DNA of 33,294 nt, from assembly GCA_021791995.1 (NCBI GenBank), contig JAJYVN010000003.1, positions 1 to 33,294 of the forward strand, given 5' to 3'. This stretch comes from Bacillota bacterium (lineage in GTDB: Bacteria; Bacillota; Sulfobacillia; RBS10-35; JAJYVN01). The stretch's first letter is position 1; each line of letters opens with the position of its first letter. Of the stretch, positions 27,162 to 33,294 are shown one piece after another. The notes beneath the pieces were generated by a model. That model saw only the letters and a list, made by a program, of their open reading frames with translations, made no database searches and was not told the origin of the DNA. The translations under genes and the position numbers were made by a program.

Positions 27162-28259
27162 ATGGAACGTCGGGGAGCTGTCCCCCACGCCCCTCAGGAA
27201 TCGCAGCTGGCGGACTCCGTGCCGAACACTGCCCTGCGGGCCGCTCGCATTGTCCGTAGGCGCCGGGTTCTGATGGTCGTCGTTCGCCGACTCGGCGGAT
27301 ACGTCCTCAGCATCTGGGCGGCATTTACCGTGACGTTCATCTTCTTTCATCTGATACCTGGGAGCCCGATCGATGCATATGCGCAGCAAATGGAGAATCA
27401 ATTTGGCCAGCAGGTGCCGCTGTCTTCCCAGGTTATCGCGTTCTGGAACAAGGAGTTCGGCCTAAACGGCAACGTCTTTGAGCAGTACTACCGCTACCTC
27501 ACGAATACCCTATTACGAGGCAATATGGGGCCATCATTTATCGCCTTTCCAGAGCCGGCATCCGAACTAATCTTCCACGCCCTTCCGTGGACGGTGGGGC
27601 TCTTTGGCTCGGCAGTGCTTATCTCGTGGATCATGGGGCTGGTGGCCGGGCTACTGCTCGCGTGGTTTAAGGACACAGTTGTGGCTCCCACCCTCACGAC
27701 GCTCGCCTTGGCTGGTGCGCAGATCCCGTACTACCTGGCTGCGTTGGGGCTCGTCTTTCTCTTCGCTTTTATCTTACTTTGGCTTCCCCAGCAGGGCGCG
27801 TACGCCGCTTCCTTGACTCCGCACTTTGACTTCCGATTCATCGGGAGCGTTTTGAAGCATTCGATCCTTCCGGGCTGCTCACTGGTGATCACCTCCTTTT
27901 TGGGGTGGGCGATCTCCACGCGTGCCTTAGTAGTCAGCATCATGGGCGAGGACTTTTTGCTCTACGCGGAGGCGAAGGGGTTGAGAACTGGTACGATTCT
28001 GCGGCACTACGTACTCCGCAACGCCATGTTGCCGCAAATTACAGGGCTTGGGATCTCGCTGGGGTTCGCCGTGAACGGGGCCTACCTCGTCAGCTACATC
28101 TTTAATTATCCCGGGATCGGTTTGCTCCTGGTCAACGCGCTCACACAACTCGACTACAACGTCCTGGAGGGTATTGTCCTGATTTCCATCGTGACAGTGC
28201 TGACCGCAAACCTGCTGCTCGACCTGTGCTTGCCGTTGGTTGACCCACGCATTGAGTGA
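27162..28259 (+). CDS. ABC importer permease (OppB/DppB-like)
   Basis: LIPGSP, YYRYL...GNMGPS, ALPWT, and EAA loop EDFLLYAEAKGL...LRNAMLPQ. ATG 27162 follows GGAGG. Confidence 0.92.
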   Translation: MERRGAVPHAPQESQLADSVPNTALRAARIVRRRRVLMVVVRRLGGYVLSIWAAFTVTFIFFHLIPGSPIDAYAQQMENQFGQQVPLSSQVIAFWNKEFGLNGNVFEQYYRYLTNTLLRGNMGPSFIAFPEPASELIFHALPWTVGLFGSAVLISWIMGLVAGLLLAWFKDTVVAPTLTTLALAGAQIPYYLAALGLVFLFAFILLWLPQQGAYAASLTPHFDFRFIGSVLKHSILPGCSLVITSFLGWAISTRALVVSIMGEDFLLYAEAKGLRTGTILRHYVLRNAMLPQITGLGISLGFAVNGAYLVSYIFNYPGIGLLLVNALTQLDYNVLEGIVLISIVTVLTANLLLDLCLPLVDPRIE

Positions 28260-29136
28260 TGAAGGAGCGAATCGTGCCTTGAGAAGTACGCATTGGGACG
28301 GGCGGCTGCTGGCTGGGATGGTGATTACGGGCCTGATTGTTGTGGTTGCTGCTTCCGAACCGTGGCTCGCACCCTTCTGGTCCGGGGCAGCCGGTCCAAC
28401 CGCAGTTGGCATATTCGCTTCCTGGTCTCATCCACAATGGGCGCATCCGCTCGGTACCAATCAGTTTGGCCAGGACATCCTGGCGCTGACGCTGCTCGGG
28501 TTACGCAACTCCCTCGTGGTCGGCCTCCAAGCCGGCATCCTTGGGACATTCATCGGGATCTGCGTCGGCTTCACCTCCGGCTACTTTGGCGGGACCGTTG
28601 TTGATGAGGCGCTACGCACGGTGACCGACGCCTGGTTGGTCATTCCGAGCTTTCCACTGATCGCTGTACTTGCCGCGTTTGTGCGGAACCTGTCCGTTAC
28701 GGAACTGGCGATCATTTTGGGCATATTCAGTTGGGCAGGTGCCGCTAGGGCTATCCGAGCGCAGGTGCTGATGCTCCGTTCGATGGCGTACGTCGATATG
28801 GCGCGCCTATCCGGGGCGGGCCATATCGCGGTTATCGGACAAGAACTGCTACCCAACATGTATCCTTATCTCGGAGTCGGGCTCGCCAGCAGCATTATGG
28901 GTGCCATTGGGTCGCTCGTCGGTCTGTCGATCATCGGGCTGGGGCAAAACGCATTCTCCCTCGGCACGCTCATTCAATACGGACTGTCCGAGGGAGTTTT
29001 GAGTATCGGGTTCAGCCAAATCATTGTTGTGCCCGTGTTGATTCTGATTGCGCTATTTGTGGGGCTAAACCTGATTAACGTTGGTCTCGATGTCCAGTTC
29101 AACCCACGCTTGAAGGGGTCCAAGAGCCGAGGTTGA
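28240..29136 (+). CDS. ABC importer permease (OppC/DppC-like)
   Basis: HPLGTNQFGQD, SLVVG, ARAIRAQVL...YVDMARLSG, LLPN and NPRL motifs. Confidence 0.92.
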   Translation: MTHALSDEGANRALRSTHWDGRLLAGMVITGLIVVVAASEPWLAPFWSGAAGPTAVGIFASWSHPQWAHPLGTNQFGQDILALTLLGLRNSLVVGLQAGILGTFIGICVGFTSGYFGGTVVDEALRTVTDAWLVIPSFPLIAVLAAFVRNLSVTELAIILGIFSWAGAARAIRAQVLMLRSMAYVDMARLSGAGHIAVIGQELLPNMYPYLGVGLASSIMGAIGSLVGLSIIGLGQNAFSLGTLIQYGLSEGVLSIGFSQIIVVPVLILIALFVGLNLINVGLDVQFNPRLKGSKSRG

Positions 29137-30261
29137 GTGGCCGACCGCTGGCGGTCGGGAGGGGAGATGTGGGGCGGCGTGGATGGATTGACCGAGCCCG
29201 ATAAGCCAGTGCTGGAGGTCGAGGACCTCGCGGTGCATTACCACGGCGCAGGCACGACCTTTCGGGTGGTAGATGGGGCTTCATTGCGTCTGCGACGCGA
29301 GGAGATCCTGGGACTGGCCGGTGAATCCGGGTGTGGCAAGTCGACCATGGTCGAGGGGATTCTGCGACTGGTGCAAGCTCCGGGTGAGATTCCATCCGGC
29401 CGCGTGCTCTTCCACCCCCGCACTGGGCCCGCTGTGGACATTCTACGGCTTGGGGCGGAAGAGGTCCGACGATTGCGCTGGACGGCTTTGGCGTACGTCC
29501 CGCAGGGGTCCATGAACTCGCTAAATCCCGTCGCTCGTATTGCCGACCAACTCACCGACGCGATGACGGCGCATGGCGTGCCGACGGACAAGATCACACT
29601 GTCCCGACTCGGGAGCCTGTTGGCTTCGGTTGGCCTCTCGCCTGATCTCCTGAGCGCGTATCCCCACCAACTGTCGGGGGGGATGCGGCAACGCGTGTTG
29701 ATCGCCAACAGTTTGGCGCTTGGACCTGATGTGGTAATCGCGGACGAACCAACCACGGGCCTTGACGTCAACGCCCAACGGATGGTGTTGGAAACGCTGC
29801 TACGCGCACGGCGGGAGCATCACAGCGCGCTACTATTCGTCAGTCACGACCTCGCGGTGCATGCGGAATTGGTGGACCGGGTTGCCGTGATGTATGCTGG
29901 ACAGGTCGTTGAACTCGGCGAAGTTGAAGAAATCTTCAGTACGGCGCTGCACCCGTACACAATAGGTTTGCTTGCTTCCATGCCGCGTATGGAGGGACCA
30001 CGCAAGCGTCTCTTTGGCATTCCGGGGTTGGCCCCGAGCCCGGCGAACTGGCCGGTCGGTTGCCGCTTCCATCCTCGGTGCCCCTTCGCGTTCGATCGCT
30101 GCCGTTCCGAGTCTCCGGTAAGCCGGGAGGACGCCTCGGGGCACTTGGTGGCATGTCATCTGTACGAACCGACCGAGAGCAAACGCCTTGACGCGATGCG
30201 CGCCCGATTGACTCTAGACGGCGGACGGTTTGGCACCCGACTGCAAGATCACCCGGTTTGA
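29137..30261 (+). CDS. ABC importer ATP-binding subunit (OppD-like)
   Basis: GESGCGKST, YPHQLSGGMRQR, IADEPTT, HPYT and C-terminal GCRFHPRC...C...VACH. Confidence 0.93.
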   Translation: MADRWRSGGEMWGGVDGLTEPDKPVLEVEDLAVHYHGAGTTFRVVDGASLRLRREEILGLAGESGCGKSTMVEGILRLVQAPGEIPSGRVLFHPRTGPAVDILRLGAEEVRRLRWTALAYVPQGSMNSLNPVARIADQLTDAMTAHGVPTDKITLSRLGSLLASVGLSPDLLSAYPHQLSGGMRQRVLIANSLALGPDVVIADEPTTGLDVNAQRMVLETLLRARREHHSALLFVSHDLAVHAELVDRVAVMYAGQVVELGEVEEIFSTALHPYTIGLLASMPRMEGPRKRLFGIPGLAPSPANWPVGCRFHPRCPFAFDRCRSESPVSREDASGHLVACHLYEPTESKRLDAMRARLTLDGGRFGTRLQDHPV

Positions 30262-31319
30262 GCGTGACATGGGGAAAAGGGGGGCTGGACGTGTCCGGGG
30301 CCCTATTGGAAACGCGGTCATTGTCCCGCGTGTTCTGGCAGCGTCGTTTGGGACGCCCTGTGCAAGTCCGAGCGGTCTCTGATGTGAACCTGACACTCGG
30401 GTCGTCAGGAGGAGAGGTGTTGTCTGTCGTTGGGGAGAGCGGCAGTGGAAAATCAACGCTCGCTCGGCTAATTCTCGGACTCGATCGTCCGAGCGCGGGC
30501 AACGTGTTCTACCGAGGGGAGGATGTCGCGCGGTTCGTTGGTGCCAAGCGGCGACAATTTCGCCGTGAGGTGCAGGCAGTCTTTCAGGATCCCTATGCGA
30601 TCTTTAATCCGTTTTATACCGTGGACCGTGTGCTGGCGCAGCCGCTGCGTCGCTTTCACTTGGCGTCGTCCCTCCACGAGGCGCAGCAGCGCATGGAGGA
30701 CTCACTCCGTGCCGTTGACCTTCGGCCACGCGACGTGCTTGGCCGCTACCCGCACCAACTCTCTGGCGGCGAACGCCAACGGGTCATGCTGGCCCGACTA
30801 CACCTATTGCGACCGCAACTGGTGATCGCCGACGAACCCGTGTCGATGATTGACGCGGCCCTGCGGACGATGTTTTTGAATATTCTCCTGGATTTCCGGG
30901 ATGCGGGGATGTCGTGTCTGTTTATAACCCATAATCTAGAGACGTCCTACTACCTCGGTGGCAATGCCCTGGTGCTCTACCAGGGACGCGTCGTCGAGCG
31001 TGCGCCCATCGACCGAATACTCCACGCCCCGAAACACCCTTACACGCAGATGCTTGTGAGCTCCATTCCGGTGCCCGACCCAAAGAAGCGATGGAAGACA
31101 TCCCTCCCGGAGTCGGCAATCGAGAGTGGCGAGACGGTGGGATCTGCCGGATGTCCGTTTTTGGTTAGGTGCCCGTATGCGATGGAGGTCTGCCGACGGC
31201 AGGATCCGCCCATGATGTCTGTCGGGGATGGGCAAGAGGCCGCTTGCTTTCTCCTCGCCGACCGGGGAGGCGTTCGCGGCTCGATGGCCCCTATGTGTAA
31301 GGCGGAGGAATCGGGGTGA
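30258..31319 (+). CDS. ABC importer ATP-binding subunit (OppF-like)
   Basis: GESGSGKST, FQDPY, YPHQLSGGERQR, IADEPVSMID, HPYT and GCPF..RC. Confidence 0.93.
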   Translation: MSVTWGKGGLDVSGALLETRSLSRVFWQRRLGRPVQVRAVSDVNLTLGSSGGEVLSVVGESGSGKSTLARLILGLDRPSAGNVFYRGEDVARFVGAKRRQFRREVQAVFQDPYAIFNPFYTVDRVLAQPLRRFHLASSLHEAQQRMEDSLRAVDLRPRDVLGRYPHQLSGGERQRVMLARLHLLRPQLVIADEPVSMIDAALRTMFLNILLDFRDAGMSCLFITHNLETSYYLGGNALVLYQGRVVERAPIDRILHAPKHPYTQMLVSSIPVPDPKKRWKTSLPESAIESGETVGSAGCPFLVRCPYAMEVCRRQDPPMMSVGDGQEAACFLLADRGGVRGSMAPMCKAEESG

Positions 31320-31672
31320 CCCGTGAGGCCGGTTGGAGCCAATGCAGTTTGCCTAGGAGCAGGCAACGATCTACGTAGGGCAGGTCCACGGCAAAGTCGG
31401 TGGCGAGAGGGAAGACACCATGGAATGAAATGGGGCGGCGAGGTCAGTAACCGATTGCATGAATGAGAAAATGTGTTGCCGGATCATGGCAGCAAGCACG
31501 ATGTTATGTCAGTACGATGTCGTAACGAAGGCAAAGGGGGACGGCGACTGGGTTAGGACGACGCTTTATGCATCACGGGAGGGGCTGGCTGGCAAAGCCA
31601 GCGGTAAGCGCGGTGCGGCAGACCGCATACACGTAAATGTTTGCGCGGTACACGAAGTTAGGAGGTGCGCCC

Positions 31673-32701
31673 GTGGCCGTGACGACTGCGCTGATCGGAT
31701 GCGGACCGAGAGGCACGGAGTGGATTGGCCCCGCGTTGGCTAGTTCGGATAAATTCTCCCTAGTGGCCGTCTGTGACACCGATACGCCTCGGATGCTCGC
31801 GGCAGCCGCCAAATTGGGTGTGCCAGCAGAGGGTGATCTGGGGCGTCTACTATCGGATCGTGCGCTGCAGAGCGTCATCATCACGACCGGCACCCGCTCC
31901 CATGTACCGGTTGCACTCCAGGCCGTAGCGGCTGGCAAGCACATCTATGTGGAGAAGCCCCTGGCCGACACCTCCCGTGCAGCCCTCCTCCTTGCGAACG
32001 CAGCCCAAAAGGCCAACGTGGTTGCCGTGGTGGGGTACCAATTTCGAGCCACCCCCTTTGCGATGGCTCTTTCCGTTGAACTCCCAGCCATCCATACGGT
32101 GCAGGCCCTCCTGACCGCGCACCGTCTCCCACTGATGCAGCAATTCTTCATCCCTGATCATTACGGTGGCATTATGGACGATACAACCCATGTGATCCAT
32201 CTCGCACTGTGGGCGATGGGCGGCAAGCCAGACGGCGTCATGGCGCATGTGCGCCGCGGCACGGTCGCGGCCGACCGCACGATCGACTGCGTGACCCTGC
32301 TGGTCGACTTCGATCAACGGAGCCGCGCCGCGGCCATTCAGAGCAGTATGTTCGGTGCCCGCCAGGCGACCAACATTATTCAGTTTGTTGGTACGCACGG
32401 CATCATCACCAGCACCGATTGGCAGACGTTACGGGTATCGCGTCACGCAGGTGTGCATGAACCGGGGCCCAAAGCACCCGAGGGTCTGACGGTCCTGACA
32501 CTCGAGACACCCAAGACCGGATACCAACGCGACACAACAGCGCTCCTTGAGCACTTTGCCGATCTCATTTCTGGCGCAGCCGACCCGACCCGGCCACATG
32601 CCTGCACGCTGGAACAGGGCGCAGCGGTAATCGCGGTGATGGAGGCCATGGTGCGATCGCATGAAGAGGGGCGTCGCATCGCATTGACGGAAGTTCTCTG
32701 A
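31673..32701 (+). CDS. Gfo/Idh/MocA-family oxidoreductase
   Basis: AGGAGG plus GTG 31673; ALIGCGPRG, HIYVEKPLA, VGYQFR and GGIMDDTTHVIH. Confidence 0.92.
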   Translation: MAVTTALIGCGPRGTEWIGPALASSDKFSLVAVCDTDTPRMLAAAAKLGVPAEGDLGRLLSDRALQSVIITTGTRSHVPVALQAVAAGKHIYVEKPLADTSRAALLLANAAQKANVVAVVGYQFRATPFAMALSVELPAIHTVQALLTAHRLPLMQQFFIPDHYGGIMDDTTHVIHLALWAMGGKPDGVMAHVRRGTVAADRTIDCVTLLVDFDQRSRAAAIQSSMFGARQATNIIQFVGTHGIITSTDWQTLRVSRHAGVHEPGPKAPEGLTVLTLETPKTGYQRDTTALLEHFADLISGAADPTRPHACTLEQGAAVIAVMEAMVRSHEEGRRIALTEVL

Positions 32702-32843
32702 AGAGCCTGCTACGGGTGGGTCCAAGGTCGGCGGTAGGCAGAGGGGGCGTCACTGGAAGGTGGCTAACCCCTTTTAGTGTTGCCCTCGCCTAGCCAGTCG
32801 TCCCTCCTGTTCTCGGACCCGTACCTGCCACTTCTGGACCTAC

Positions 32844-33191
32844 TGCTGACGGATGGATTGTGCATCAAGGCGTTCGTTGAAGGTTGGCATGGTGGGGAAG
32901 GACATCCCTTCCATTGGACGTTTCACGGTTATCCGATGGATAAGAATGCTGCGTAGCTGCCCAAGCCGAAGGCGCTCTCTCCGGCTAGTGATTTCCGCAT
33001 CTACATGGACGGGTCCACGGACCGCATCCGATCATCTACACCCAGGACCAAGATGGACCCTGGAACCGCGCACACCCCACCGCCCTACAAGGTGGCCAAT
33101 ACCAACGCGGTATGGCCGACATCACGGTACTCGTGAACGAGCTCAGATTGGTGCTGACATCTTCTTAACTGGATGCCACGTCGATTCCGGA
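32844..33191 (+). mobile_element. IS630-like remnant / diverged repeat, copy 2
   Basis: Encodes ...IKAFVEGWHGGEGHPFHWTFHGYPMDKNAA* (stop 32954-32956). Collinear with the reverse complement of 17657-18015; identical 20-mer at 32915-32934. Confidence 0.75.
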
Positions 33192-33205
33192 GTAGACATC
33201 GACGC

Positions 33206-33234
33206 TTGACATTACGCGCCGGTGATCGGATGAT
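33206..33234 (+). promoter_or_regulatory. Candidate promoter for a leaderless HTH gene
   Basis: TTGACA (33206-33211), 17-nt spacer, GATGAT, then 6 nt to ATG 33241. Confidence 0.45.
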
Positions 33235-33240
33235 GACCCT

Positions 33241-33294
33241 ATGATAAGGGAACAGATGCTCTCGACAGGGCAAGCCGCAAAACGGTTGGGCATC
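33241..33294 (+). CDS. MerR/excisionase-type HTH protein N-terminus (possibly IS607 TnpA); partial
   Basis: MIREQMLSTGQAAKRLGI... matches the LSxGxAAxxLGI HTH start. Only 18 codons are visible. Confidence 0.55.
   Translation, partial: MIREQMLSTGQAAKRLGI

Noticed and set aside
1-33294. CRISPR array, cas genes or anti-phage defence system (the AddB Fe-S nuclease domain resembles Cas4)
   Set aside because: No regularly spaced repeats were seen, and the Cas4-like domain is the normal C-terminus of AddB in an addBA operon.

Overview
GC-rich bacterial chromosomal segment, probably from a high-GC Bacillota lineage (inferred from the addBA pair; not proven). From left to right: (1) the 5' end of an IS607-family tnpA running off the left edge, plus a decayed ISL3-like fragment; (2) a tandem pair of fused ABC exporters behind a structured 5' leader; (3) an NRAMP-related (DNDAGG-type) divalent cation transporter followed by a small membrane ORF missing from the ORF track; (4) a pseudogene whose 5' part lies in a ~355-bp inverted segment (6593-6947); (5) a core block of ABC1/UbiB kinase, tRNA-Asp(GTC), NAD-dependent epimerase and addB-addA; (6) a ~14-kb divergent carbohydrate-utilisation locus with three Gfo/Idh/MocA oxidoreductases, two TIM-barrel sugar isomerases/epimerases, two hypothetical proteins and an Opp/Dpp-type (family 5) ABC importer, but no glycosidase, kinase or regulator in view. 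This locus is bracketed by two diverged, outward-facing IS630-like remnants (about 17657-18740 and 32844-33191), suggesting a relic composite transposon. An HTH gene starts at the right edge. All family assignments are from motif recognition by eye; no searches were run.
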